A DNA stretch of 38,195 nucleotides from Thelocarpon superellum. Lineage: Eukaryota. The notes beneath the pieces were generated by a model, which worked only from the letters and a program-made list of their open reading frames with translations, ran no database searches and was not told the origin of the DNA. The translations under genes were made by a program, and so were the position numbers. Location of the stretch: positions 1 to 38,195 of the forward strand of contig JAPEUG010000139.1 in NCBI GenBank assembly GCA_026025795.1. Direction: 5' to 3'. Below are positions 12,902 to 24,914 of this stretch, in pieces (position 1 is the stretch's first letter; each line of letters opens with the position of its first letter).

Positions 12902-13249
12902 ATGGTGCCACCACCACCATCAAAGCGGCAGGCGGCGAAAGAAGTGATCGATGTCCTGCTGGAGATCTCGACGTTGATGGTATTGTCGCCCCGGTCGCCT
13001 CGCGTTATCTCGTCCGTGCCCATTGATCCTTCTCACGGCGTAGAATACCCAGCTCGACCGCACCCAGCTCTCGCTCTGCGTATCATTGATCGAGAATGGG
13101 GTCAATCCCGAGGCACTTGCAGTAGGATTGCACCTGGTGTCACGAATTGCATCAACTGACTCTACGCCTAGGCGGTGGTTCAGGAGCTCCGGGGCCAGGG
13201 TGAAGGGTTGTTGCAAAACGAGGCCGAGGGAGACCTTGGGTCACAATAG
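12902..13249 (+). CDS. MZT1: Mitotic-spindle organizing protein 1 (MOZART1, gamma-tubulin complex; 77 aa), 3 exons
   Basis: Exons 12902-12979, 13044-13121, 13172-13249; spliced AAKEVIDVLLEISTLM|NTQLDRTQLSLCVSLIENGVNPEALA|AVVQELR matches the Mzt1 signature. Confidence 0.93.
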
Positions 13250-13410
13250 TTGTGATTTGGCCGCGCGGAGGCTGTTACTGCGGTCCTGCGAGAGCATTAC
13301 CGCACATCAGGCGAATCAGTCGATCGTTCTTTACGGATGCCCATCACTAGACTACACCGGCCTCAGAAGTCTCACGCAGATCGTCTCGAATACGGCTTGG
13401 TCCCATCGCC

Positions 13411-14966
13411 CTACGCACCCGCTACTCTCTCCTCGGACTCCTCTTCTCCCGTCCCGGCCAGACCTGACGCGGTGTGAGCGTCCACATCCCTCTTCGTATC
13501 CGCCCCTATATCATCGGCCATGGCCTCGGCGGCGGCTTTCTTGAGCCGTTCCGAGTCCTCGCTCGTGACCTCCTTGGTCTTGGGCACGACCTTGTCGTCA
13601 TCGCTGTCGCCCAGACTGAATGGATCGTTGTCCTCCACGGGATTGGGATCAACGCTCGACAGCGGCTCCCACTTGCTCGCTTTGCCGCCTGGCGATGCCT
13701 GGTGAAGGGCGGGCTTAGGTGAGGCTTTACGGGTGGCGTCAATGTCCTCGGGAGGGCCTGATTGAAAGGAAACCTTCCGCCCATTGGATGGAACTGAAGG
13801 GGTCGGCTTAAAGAGATCTGGATTGGCAAGAGGGCGGGTCGAGCGCGGGGGCCCTTCGAGCCCTGTGGTAAGATTAGTGATCGGTTGGGCACGTCGCGCG
13901 ATCATCAACTCACCCTCGTCGTCACGCAGCTCCAGACCTCCAAAGTCGTCTCCCAGGACGCGGGGATCCGAGTCGTAGCGGTCACGGTCGGCACTCCGAC
14001 GGCCAAGCTCGCCGCTACGTCGGCCGCCATGACCCGGACCGGAGGAATAGGATTGCGCGGGGACGGCGGGTCGCGCGCTGAAGTCATCGTCATCTTCTCC
14101 ATCCAGCCTCTTCTTCAGCCCGGCCACCCATTGGTTGACCTTGGACTGCGTCTCCAAAAATCCCTTGCGGATGTTCTCCTTGATGATGGGAAGGTCGTCT
14201 ATCGTCGGTTAGGACTCATTCACGAGCGAGCAGGCGGGAGCACGCCACCATCGATGAAACTGCGGTTGTCCTCGTAAAGCTCGCTAGGCTTGAGTCCGGT
14301 CTGCTTTCGTACACGCGGAGGGCCAGGTTCCCGCCGCGGGCCGCCTCGGGGGCTGCCGTATCCCCCTCCGTTCCCACTGTAATGCTCGGCGAGCTGGCGC
14401 GCATATTGCTCGTCGGCTTCCAGCTGGTTCTGGGACGTGGTCGTTGGGGCGTTTGAAGGCAGCGGCGACCGGGTGGGACGAGGAGGCTGGGGCGGCGGGG
14501 CGGGCTCGTGTTGCGCACTGGGATCGGACATGCCTACGATCATTCGGTCAATCCGCTGCATCCACGCCCGTCATCGGGCACCTCACCGAGAAGGGCGTTG
14601 AAGGCCGGCTCCACCCGTCCGCCGCTCGCCACGAGCACGGCCTTGACCACGGCGGCATCGATGGTCGGGAAGGCTTCCTTTAACGTCGCTTCAGCTTGCT
14701 GGAAGGGATCCACTGGCCGCGGGGGCTTTGGCGGTGGAGCCTCCTCTCCGCCAACTCCGCTGGTGGGGGGAGCGGACGATGCGACGGGCGCGCTGGACTG
14801 AAGCCCTCCTTCCGGGATGTCATCGTCAAAGTCCAGCTCCCGGGCGGTCGTCGGCGACTCGGGTCCGCTCCGTGCCGTGGGTTTGATGGGGGTTTCCTGG
14901 ATCATCTTAGCCATCCCCGCGGGGCACTCGACCCAATGACGCTCATCGTACTGGCTTCTCGGACAT
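13411..14966 (-). CDS. CUE5: CUE-domain ubiquitin-binding protein, Cue5-like (~448 aa), 5 exons
   Basis: Exons 14966-14952, 14896-14587, 14533-14249, 14198-13914, 13862-13411. CUE domain LKEAFPTIDAAVVKAVLVASGGRVEPAFNALLGM, QLEADEQYARQL, DDLPIIKENIRKGFLETQSKVNQW, and an acidic C-terminal region with KWEPL. Confidence 0.85.
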
Positions 14967-15406
14967 CGCGAACTCCGTTGTGATCTGGTGTGCTGATCAC
15001 CTTCAAAGTAGTGCTCAGGCGAGAGTGACGAAAAGCGACCGGTCCAAGATGGAGTCGTTGAATGCAGCACTCGCCCGTGAATGCGGCTTGGCCGTCGTCG
15101 AAGAATCGGTGTGAGCGGCTCGGCAGCGCTGACCTTTCTCTTGCATCATCCGGACGGGGTTCTTAACCCGGGAGGGGCGTGTCGATTGGCGAAGACGCTT
15201 TCGCCATGCAGCCGAGGCGTGCACTATGGCCGCGCTCCAGCCACACCTGGGTACGAAATGCGAGCTGCAGGAGCTAGATGTCATGTCTCTAAGACAACCA
15301 GTCACTCTCAATCCGGCTCATGTGCCTTACTAGATGAGGCCATTGGCGGACAGGGTGAGAGAGGCTTAGGGTCCATGATCAGCTCCTAGGTGTCGGACAT
15401 CTCGCC

Positions 15407-17580
15407 ATGGCCGACATGAATCTCCTGTCTACCTTCATCCCATCTCTGCACAAACCCTCTTCTCTCCTGCCCATCGCCCGCCATCGCATCAGTCTCCTCT
15501 ACACCATCGAGAAGTACCCTGTCACGATTGTTGTGGGACAGACAGGTAGTGGGAAGACTACGCAGATCCCTCAATATCTAGAACAGGCGGGATGGTGCGC
15601 CGACGGCAAGGTCGTGGCAGTGACGCAGGTAGGTGGGTGATCGTGACGCCGTGCCCCCGACCATGAACTCGAGCTGATCCACGGTGGCCAGCCCCGTCGG
15701 GTGGCGGCAACAACGGTGGCCATCAGAGTGGCCGAGGAGATGGGCTGCACCCTCGGTGAAGAGGTAGATCAAGCTCGCGTTCGCTGTACCTCAGTCTTGT
15801 CTCTGATGGGTGGTAGGTGGGATACTCGATCCGATTTGAAGACCTGACCTCGGCCAAGACACGCATCAAGTTTTTGACGGATGGACTATTACTTCGTGAA
15901 GCGCTGGTCGATCCACTTCTCTCGCGATACGCGGTGATCATGGTGGATGAGGCACATGAACGATCCTTGAGCACAGATATCCTGCTGGGTATCCTGAAGA
16001 AGATTCGAAATCGCCGACCAGAGCTGCGGATCATCGTCAGCAGTGCCACCTTGCAAGCCGAAGCCTTTCTGCGCTTCTTCGCCGGACACGCGGAGCCGGC
16101 CGGCCGCGAGGATGACGCTGATGCCGGAGACGTGGGGAGGATCGTCAGCTTGGAAGGACGGATGTATCCCGTCGACATCCTCTATCTGGAGGAACCAGCG
16201 GAAGACTACGTCGAGCGTGCGGTACAAACGGTCTTTGAAATCCACGCCAAGGAGCTCGATGGCGACATCCTCGTCTTCCTGACCGGCCGCGAGGAGATTG
16301 ACCGGGCGGTGGAGATGATCGCAGAACGGTCGGCCACTTTAGACCCTCGTGCCCCGACCCTGCAGCCGTGCCCCCTTTACGCCGGTTTGTCCAGCGAGCA
16401 ACAGATGTACGTCTTTGAGCCTGCGCCCGAACACACGCGCAAAGTGATCGTATCGACCAACATTGCCGAGGCGTCGGTGACGATCGACGGCATTGTCTAC
16501 GTGGTGGATTGTGGCTTCGTCAAGCTTCGTGCGTACAACCCCACGAGCGGCTTCGACACCTTGACCGTGACGGGTGTCTCTCACGCGTCGGCGACGCAGC
16601 GTGCCGGTCGTGCCGGCCGGACCAAGTCCGGCAAATGCTTTCGCCTGTACACCGAGGCGGCATACCATCGGCTGGCGTCGGCCACGGTCCCCGAGGTGCA
16701 GCGGTCCAACCTCGCCCCGTCCATCCTCCAACTCAAAGCCCTCGGGATCGACAACATCGCGCGCTTTGAGTTCCTCACGCCCCCCCCGGCGCAGCTAGTG
16801 GTCCGCGCGTTGGAGCTGCTCTATTCGCTCGGGGCGCTGGATGACCATGCCAAGCTCACCAAGCCGCTCGGTACGCGCATAGCGGAGCTGTCGGTCGAGC
16901 CGATGATGGCGAAAGTGCTGCTGCAGGCGCCGCATTTCGGGTGCCTTAGCGAGATGCTCTCCGTGGCGGCCATGACGACCCTGCAGGGCGCCGTCTGGTT
17001 CCACCATGACGGCGCGAAGAAGGCACAAGAGAGCGCACGACGAAAGTTCGCCGCTGAAGAAGGGGATCACCTGACCATGTTGAATGTTTACCAAGCCTTC
17101 GTCACCCGCGGAAAGAAGGAGGCCAAGTGGTGTCGAGACCATTACCTGAATCACAAGTCCATGACGCGGGCAGTGAGCGTGCGTGCCCAATTGAAACGCT
17201 ATCTCGAACGCTTCGAGATCAACGTGGACGAAAGTCTGTCCTCCAAGAGCGGGACAGACGACAAAGGGGAGTTGATTCGTCGATGCCTCACGACGGGCTT
17301 CTTCGCTCAGGCTGCCCGCATGCAGCCAGATGGAACGTTCCGCGCCGTCGGTAGCGCCACTGTGCTGCACGCCCATCCGAGCTCACTACTTTTTGTAGGT
17401 GATCTCGCTCCATACTTTGCCTGCATACGCTAAAACGCTGGGCAGAATCGGAAGGCGGATTGGGTTATCTTCCACGAGGTCATGGAAACCGGGTCCAAGA
17501 CATTCATCCGGGACATCACCGCGATCCAGAAGGATTGGCTCCTGCAGTATGCCCCTGACTTCTATCAAATCAAAACGTAG
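15407..17580 (+). CDS. DHX35: DEAH-box RNA helicase, DHX35-like (~668 aa), 4 exons
   Basis: Exons 15407-15628, 15692-15763, 15817-17394, 17446-17580. Motifs GQTGSGKTT, TQ|PRRVAA, DEAH, SAT, STNIAEASVT and QRAGRAGR, plus HA2 and OB regions; very short N-terminus and IAEASVT variant point to DHX35 rather than Prp22/Prp43. Confidence 0.88.
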
Positions 17581-18163
17581 GATCAGCCGTATGATCTCTT
17601 GCTGCGGGGGTGGCTGAAATCCGATGCATGACGCACTGGAAAGGTCGAGGCGTGTATGTAGAGGAGGCGCAACGATTGATTTGTTACTCGCTTTCTCCAA
17701 GACAATGTCCGGAGGCAGGTTCGATCACGTGCGTTGACACTGTGGCGGCATTATGTCATTTTCACCAAGACTCGTGGCGGTAACGTGCGTGCCTGCCTTC
17801 CTGAAATGCCGGCTAAGGCCGACATTGCCGATGTCGCATCCGGGTCTGCCATTGCCATGAAAGGGCGTATCGCCACCGACTCAGCGCAAGGCAAATACCG
17901 GGACCCTCGTTCGGAGATCCGAGTATCTACGGTGAAGGAAGGACCAGGAAAGTCTCGCCCTCGCCCTCGTTCTCGTTTTCGTTCACGTCCCCGTCCTACC
18001 TGTACTCGTGCGTGACAAGCTCCAGGTGCCCTCCCTACGACCACCTTGACTGCTGGATTCACGTTTGGCTTTCGTGTTGCTTTCGTTGTGCCTTGGCTGC
18101 ATTGACCTACTCGTGCACGCGGATGTCGACGGCTTCACTGCCCCCTCGACCTCGCCCTTCCTC

Positions 18164-20451
18164 ATGACCTCCTACTTGACTTCGTACCTCATCGACCCCG
18201 TCGCTCGCCAAGTCCGTCGACTGTCCGAGTCCGGTTATGCTGCTGCCGACGATCCCCGGCCCCATGGCCCTGACTCTGGCCAGGACGGGGCCCACGACTT
18301 CATGACCGGACAGGATGCGCATTCGGCCGTGATGGAGGATCCCCAGCGCGGCTCGGTCTTGGCGGGTCCGCTGATGGCGTCTCCATCGTCGTCACCGGTC
18401 CCATCGCCGCCACTTGCATCGGTGGAAAGGGGCGGTCGGCCACGGAACAGCGCATCGCTACCGCTGCGTGGGCCTCGTTCACACCACTCGACACGCTTAC
18501 TCGACAGCGCAACCCGGAGTAACACGGCTCCGGTGAACGAGGAGACCACACAAAATCCATCTCGGGCCGTTCCAGCGCGGCTTCTGTCGTCGTCCGCGAA
18601 TGCCATCTCAATGCACCGCTCACACGCCGCCGAATCTGATCTGGTCATGACGACGTCGGAGCATGATGCGTTGAGCATCGAGGATTCGAGATCCCTACAG
18701 TTCCCGGCGAGGCGCTCCAGAAATGGATCATTACCGGCCGACGATGGCCAGAGTGTGCTCCGAAAACGCATCGTGGAGATTCAAGAGACGGATGCCCCGG
18801 CTGGGGAAAAGGCTCGTTTGATGCACCTCGTCATGACCGAACCCTACACGCTCCTTCACCCGAATCTGCCCCTCTCCCACTTGGCCCGTCCTCAATCGCC
18901 CGCCAGCCTGCTCAGCCACGATCGGCCCTATACTCCTAGCTCTCTTAACTCTGGCAGTGGCTTCGGGCCGCGTCCGTCCACGCCGACGTCCATGTCCTCG
19001 GTGCAAGCGGACATGGCCTACTCGTTGCGCCCTGAAGATCTTGAACCCACGTACGTGCCCAACGCATCCTCCGCGGCCAATACCCGCCCGGCCTCTTCCA
19101 ATGAGATCAATGGCGCCAGGGATGTCGAGGCGGCGGAACCGACGTCGCCGGTGTTTGGCTGCCAACACTACAAGCGAAACGTGAAGCTGCAGTGCTCCGC
19201 CTGTCAACGATGGTATACGTGCCGATTCTGCCACGACGATGTGGAGGATCACTCATTGAACCGTCGGGAAACGAGAAACATGCTGTGCATGCTCTGTGGG
19301 TGTGCTCAGCCGGCGGCCGAGCGATGTGTAGACTGTGATCAGCGCGCGGCATGGTATTACTGCAGCATCTGTAAGCTGTGGGACGACGAGACGGAGAAGA
19401 GCATCTATCACTGCACCGACTGTGGCATCTGTCGCGTCGGCCGGGGCTTGGGGAAGGACTACTTCCACTGCAGCGTAAGTGAGGACGTGGCTGTGGCGCG
19501 TGGCGTGGCGATGCTGACCGGAAACAGACGTGTTGTGTGTGCATGTCCATCTCCATCGCTCAATCGCACAAATGTATCGAGCGGTCCACGGACTGTGACT
19601 GCCCGATCTGCGGCGAGTACATGTTCACCTCGCCCCTGACGGTGGTGTTCATGCAATGCGGTCATAGCATCCATCACAAATGCTACTACGAGCACATGAA
19701 GACGTCGTATCGATGTCCGATCTGCAGCCGCAGCATCGTCAACATGGAGACGCAATTCCGCAACCTGGATCGGTCGATTGCGAGCCAACCGATGCCGTCT
19801 CAATTCCAGGATACCAAGGCCTTGGTCTCTTGTAACGACTGCTCGGCCAAGAGCAGCGTCAAGTATCACTGGCTAGGATCGAAGTGTGGAGTGTGAGTCT
19901 CCCGTATGACCATGACGGCGCGGCGATTGACGCGATTGGTCGAATCTAGGTGCGATTCATACAACACCGCCCAATTACAGATCCTGACTGCACGACATCC
20001 GGCGTCACGCATGCCCGCCGTCGCTGACGAAGCACCCGGGCCCTCGACCGCCGAGACGCGACCTTCTCCGCTCCTGAGCGCCGAAGCTACACGGTTGTCA
20101 GAGCCGCCCGCTCGAGTTCCCGCCGGACCACAACGACGGCCGACCTCATCGGGACATTCGGCTGCCCGAGCCCGCTTCTCTCCTTATATCGTTCCCCAGC
20201 GCACCGGACGGTCCATCTCCCCGATTCCCATGTCGAATGGCTTCTTAGCTGTCCCGCTTCCCCAAGCGGAGAGCATCGAGACGGACACCGTCTCGATGGA
20301 TGATGAAGACGAGGAAGTGGATTTCTGGGGTCGTGATGGTCGTGTGGAGGACGATTCAGAGATGGACGATGTTGAAGATGAAGAGGACGCAGAAGAAGAT
20401 GAAGAAGATGACGACGATGACGACGAGATGGAGTTATTTGGACATCGATGA
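18164..20451 (+). CDS. CHY zinc-finger / RING-H2 E3 ubiquitin ligase, Pirh2(RCHY1)-like (~725 aa), 3 exons
   Basis: Exons 18164-19474, 19528-19892, 19950-20451. CHY finger GCQHYKRNVKLQCSAC..YTCRFCHD, CTCHY YYCSICKLWDD..YHC.DCGICRVG, RING CPICGEYMF...CGHSIH..C...CPIC, zinc ribbon CNDC...KCGVCDSYNT, acidic tail ending LFGHR. Confidence 0.9.
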
Positions 20452-21080
20452 GCATGGGGTCGCACATACATATGCACGGCGCGGTGAGTTGAAGGGCATT
20501 GGGTAGGGTTAGCACAGGACCGATAGTATGGTAACTACCGTCATCTACCACCGGCCGCTGTAGTTGATGAAACGCCACAGGATCCGCGATTGGCCAGACA
20601 TCTCCACCTTGACGTGTTCGCGGTAGATTCCGAAATGGGCGTAAGAACTGCCGAAGATCGACTGTCGAATTGCATGGTGCACTTCACAACGAGGCAGCCT
20701 TGCCAGACCGTTACGGCGGCAGTTGCGACGTTAACCTCGGGCCGTGGGTTGTGTTCTCGAACAAGCTCCTTGATCAACCCTCTGGCGTCTTCGGTGCCGA
20801 GTGGTGCTTGCAGGAGGAGAGTCTCCGCCTGGTTTTGCGGTGGTGTTGGCTGAGGGTGAGAAGACAGTTCAGTTCGGACTCCAATCTTTGACCCGTCCTG
20901 GCCCAAGTCTTCGCAAATCAAGCCGAGCGTTGCTGTTCGAAACGCGTGGTAACTGTACTACAGTTTAGTTAGAGGTGATACCGCGGATGTATCGCAATGC
21001 AACGCCGTAGCGAGTGTATTCTGCACGAACTCCCCGCAGACGCTCGTAACTATCCTCCAACTTGAGCTCATTGCTCCCAA

Positions 21081-22407
21081 ATGGCAGAGACGGTCGAATC
21101 TCGCACCAGGATCCGCAAGGTACTGAAGAGGCTCCAAACCAACCTCACGAGGATTCGACGCAATGGTGAAGTCAATGACCCTCAGAAGATGATCGTGGAG
21201 GACGCCTTTGCTAGGCTTGGAGGGTCGACACAACCCAATGACCACTATCAGAAACTCTTACGAGAAGTGCACACCGTTTCTGGACTGGAGATGGTGGCTC
21301 TTTGTGCCCTCAGCCTCGCTGGGACTCGGCTGAAGGTGCAAGAGCTCGTCACCCTTCTTCCACCCAGAGTGAAGAAGAAAGCATCTTGGACGTGTTTTGC
21401 GCTGGAACGGTTGGTGAGAGAGCAGTCTGCAAGATGTCTGTCACCTCGATCAAGCCTTGCTACCAGTCTGACATGGTCTAGTTCCGCACCTCCGGCGGGC
21501 CGCAGCTCCAATCAAATGGGTTTTGATGCCCCGACGAATCTCCCCCGATCAGTTTGTGGGTTACATCGACTACGACCGCCGAAAGTTCCAGGTTCACTGC
21601 AAGCACTTCCTCCTCGAGATCTGCAGCTTCTCGGATTTTGTTACTTGCGTTCCAGAGCCTCAAAGCGCAGCAGAGCGATACTGGTGGGAGAGGTCCACGG
21701 TGCTCGACCATGGCGCTCGTGGGCACGTCCGCCAGTTGGATCGGTGCAGGAATCGATTCCCTGTCCTGAAAATCAGCGGCGCAGACCTACTTTCCCAACA
21801 GCTCATTCGCCATGAGTTTCGGAATCTCAGGCGGTTTCAATCGCTGGGTCTCCCTATCGTCGAGGTGTGTGACCGACCTCTCAAAGACGAGCAAGGCATC
21901 ATTGGATTTCGGATGGAGAAGCTGTCGGTCATTCCCAGCACGGACAATAAGTCGTACCTGCCTCACTTCAAGACTGCGGTTGCTCAATTGCATGCGGCTA
22001 ACGTAGTTCACGGGGATTTATGGTTTGGCAACTTCATGGTGAGTCTGGACGGCTCGGTCAAGTTGATCGATTTCAGCCATTCTGGTCTTGTCGGCGAACC
22101 GCTTCCGCCGTATCATCGAGACTGGAAGGAACAGAATCCCGCAATCTCTATGAGCAAGACGATTGATCTTCGAGCCTTGCAGAACATGGAAAATTTGCTT
22201 GTCCAAGAAGGTGAGGCCACTCCGGAGGGGACGTGCACTGTCGAGCTTATAGAACACAGAGTGACGGGACAGCCACAAGCTGTGCGGTGTTCCAACCCCC
22301 AACGACCCCTGCCAGCTTGCCAAAGGGCAGCACCTCGACCACGATTATGCCGCCGGGGGGTGATATGGGCAAGCACTGGGCGAGAGAGGCCCCAGATAGT
22401 GCTCTGA
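21081..22407 (+). CDS. Atypical protein-kinase-like protein, probably with an N-terminal helical domain (~426 aa if fused)
   Basis: Kinase motifs in 21523-22407: G-loop-like LDHGARGHVR, VLK lysine, helix-C HE, catalytic HGDLWFGN, KLIDFS. A 46-nt intron 21436-21481 (GTCTGT...CTGAC...TAG) joins ORF 21081 in frame. The kinase call is firm; the fusion is inferred. Confidence 0.7.
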
Positions 22408-23410
22408 CGTCACCAACCCACAGTTTGTAGCACAAGGCGTGAGCTCTCCGATTTGAATTCTGCAGTTGTCGTCGGCTCTTTGATAATTCAAGCAGCACAT
22501 GGTGGCTAGAAATGTCAGTCAAGCAGTCGAGACTCTCTGAAGTTGAGCTCACACGCAGGACAGATGCTTGCCGTGTGTAGATTTGTGGATGTGTGGGATC
22601 GCTGAGGTGGCTGTGTGGTTGGGAGGACATGGCATGGAGCGAAGAACGAGCCTTAGACTCGTGCTATATAGCCGGAGCTCCAACGGCAAGGCTACTTCAG
22701 GCCAGGCTTGCGACCCGAGCTCGAGACCATCACGACATATCGTCGGTATTCTTTCGATACAGTGGGCAAGAACAGTATTACGCAATCATCGGGCCGAGAT
22801 CTGCTGCTCACCGAGTCGTTGGCATGGGAAAGAGGTGTTGTCTCAGAAGTAGGGCGGTCAATAGCTTTGCTTGCCCTACTGCAGAGCTGGGTTAGTGGTA
22901 TCTCATGGGTCGCCTTAGATGGCTGGTAGGTCCGTGCCGCTTCCGCCACCCAACCCAAGCAATGAGCTGACCACTCACTACCTCGGACCACTTCTCTCGC
23001 CTCCCCTCCCCCACCCCCAAATCCCTCGTGGAATTAACGGCTGGGAGCGGCGCTTCTCATCTTGAGTCCTACATGTCGTCGGATCGCTTCTTCTTCGTAA
23101 TCTTCCAGACCTGTGCCAGTTTCCAATGCCAACTGCCCTGCACGAGTCCGCTTTCGGCGATTCATACAATTGGCGCCTCAAGCGCTCGCTTTACGAATCA
23201 AAGCCGTGACGATTACTGGGCTGACAGATGCAGAGGATCGCTGTTCGTAGACGTATACCTACATAGGGTGTCCCCTTCCCCTCTTCCCCTTCTCTTCCGA
23301 CGGTCTAAATGGGCCAAAAAAGACCTGACGAAACCATGATCTGAGCCGTCTGATGGACCACCCCCCTTGCACTTCCACTTCCACGTCGACTTCCGAGAAT
23401 CACCAAAGAA

Positions 23411-24331
23411 ATGTCCCATTCGCACAATGACCACTCGCACTCGCATTCTCACGGCCATGGCAACGACCACGACCACGACCACGACCACAGCGACGACCAA
23501 CCCCCCGTACTCCAATCCCACATCTACGGCGCCATCGCCTTCTCTGAAATCAGCACCCTGAACGAAAGCGTACCCGGCGCTGGTGCCGCGGTGGTCCAAA
23601 AGCCCTTCATCAACCATCTCGACCCGGAGCCTGTCCTGCTCAGCTCATCCTCCCATCACCACGATGGTGTTGGCGGGGACGAATACAGTTCCTCCTCCTC
23701 CTCCTCCTCTTCCTCTGACGATGACGATGGAGATGAAGGAGGCGAGCACCAACTCCTCATGACGGTCCCGTTCAGCGGGAGCGTCAAGTTGCATTCGCTG
23801 CTGATTCGAGCCTCTGACCACCCTTCTGCGCCGCGAACGGTACATTTGTATTCTAATCGGGAGAATTTGGACTTTGCCACGGTGGGAAGCGGAGGAGGAG
23901 GAGGAGGTGGTGGTGGTGGACAAGGGCTGCAGCCAACTCAGACGCTCCATCTGCCGCGCTCCAACGCCCTGCTTGATCTGCCGCTCAGGAGGGCCCTGTG
24001 GACTTCGACGCGCTGCGTGGGGCTGTTCTTTGCGGACAATCATTCCGGTTCCGCTCCTTCTTCTCTTGCTTCCTCTGCGTCTGCTACTTCCTCACATCAC
24101 CATCATTCCCACCACCACCACCACCAGCAATCACACCCCGAGGAGAGGGCAGAGAGCACAAGGATATACTACCTCGGCTTCCGCGGGACCGTGACGACGC
24201 TGAATGCAGAGCCGGTGTCGTTCCTGTACGAGGCCGCGGCTAACCCGGCCGACCATGCGCTGGATTTTGCGGCTGTCGGGGCGCGGGGCGGTGTCTTGGG
24301 CAGTGGGAACGCGGGTGGGAAATGGCGCTGA
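23411..24331 (+). CDS. PITH (proteasome-interacting thioredoxin-like) domain protein, PITHD1-like, with low-complexity insertions (306 aa)
   Basis: His-rich N-terminus; IYGAIAFSEISTLNES, QLLMTVPFSGSVKLHSLLIR, SAPRTVHLYSNR.NLDF, PTQTL, FADN, TRIYYLGFRG, FLYEAAANPADH; single ORF. Confidence 0.88.
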   Translation: MSHSHNDHSHSHSHGHGNDHDHDHDHSDDQPPVLQSHIYGAIAFSEISTLNESVPGAGAAVVQKPFINHLDPEPVLLSSSSHHHDGVGGDEYSSSSSSSSSSDDDDGDEGGEHQLLMTVPFSGSVKLHSLLIRASDHPSAPRTVHLYSNRENLDFATVGSGGGGGGGGGGQGLQPTQTLHLPRSNALLDLPLRRALWTSTRCVGLFFADNHSGSAPSSLASSASATSSHHHHSHHHHHQQSHPEERAESTRIYYLGFRGTVTTLNAEPVSFLYEAAANPADHALDFAAVGARGGVLGSGNAGGKWR

Positions 24332-24582
24332 TCATTGCATACCCTGCTCAATCCTCACGCCTCACTCCTCAAATTCTCGCAAGCCTCTCTTCTTCTAATC
24401 CAAATCACGGTTCACCTCTACGGGCATTAGGATATCACCCCTTCGTACTTCAGCTTGGTTTATTAGTCATTTCATTCAGTGCACTATCGTAGTGACTCTC
24501 TCTATCTATCAGCTCGCATGTTTCTTGTTTTGGTCTTCGGGTTTGGTGTTGTTTTTCCGTGTGATGAGTGGTGTGACTGCAT

Positions 24583-24647
24583 CTTCCGCTTCCACTTCCG
24601 CTTCCACTTCCGCTTTCGCTTCCAATTTCGCTTTCAATTCCAGTTCC
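24583..24647 (+). repeat. Degenerate hexanucleotide microsatellite (CTTCCR)n
   Basis: cttccgcttccacttccgcttccacttccgctttcgcttcca... between the convergent PITH and carrier genes; (GAGAA)n also at about 24757-24781. Confidence 0.8.
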
Positions 24648-24914
24648 TGGCTGTCCCCGTAGATCTACCTCCCCTGTCCTCCCTCCGAAAGATGGAGATC
24701 CATGAGGTCGAGGAAAGTAGAAAGGGACAGAAGGAAAGGTGGAAATGAGGATAGGGGAGAGAAGAGAAGAGAAGAGAAGAAGTGTGATGGGGTCGCAATG
24801 ACGGAAGAGAAAGTCGGGCAAGAGGTTGATCGGTCGTCCATAATTCGGTGTATCTCACACTCTCCTCAGGGAGTCGAGGATTTGACGCAGCGCAGAGCGG
24901 AAGAGTGGTGGGGA

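Noticed and set aside
12902..13249. All three MZT1 coding exons are exactly 78 nt
   Set aside because: No sequence similarity between exons; most likely coincidence
20504..20512. CTAACCCTA on the minus strand, resembling a telomerase RNA template
   Set aside because: Only 9 nt, and such a transcript would run antisense through the CHY/RING coding sequence; no supporting structure seen
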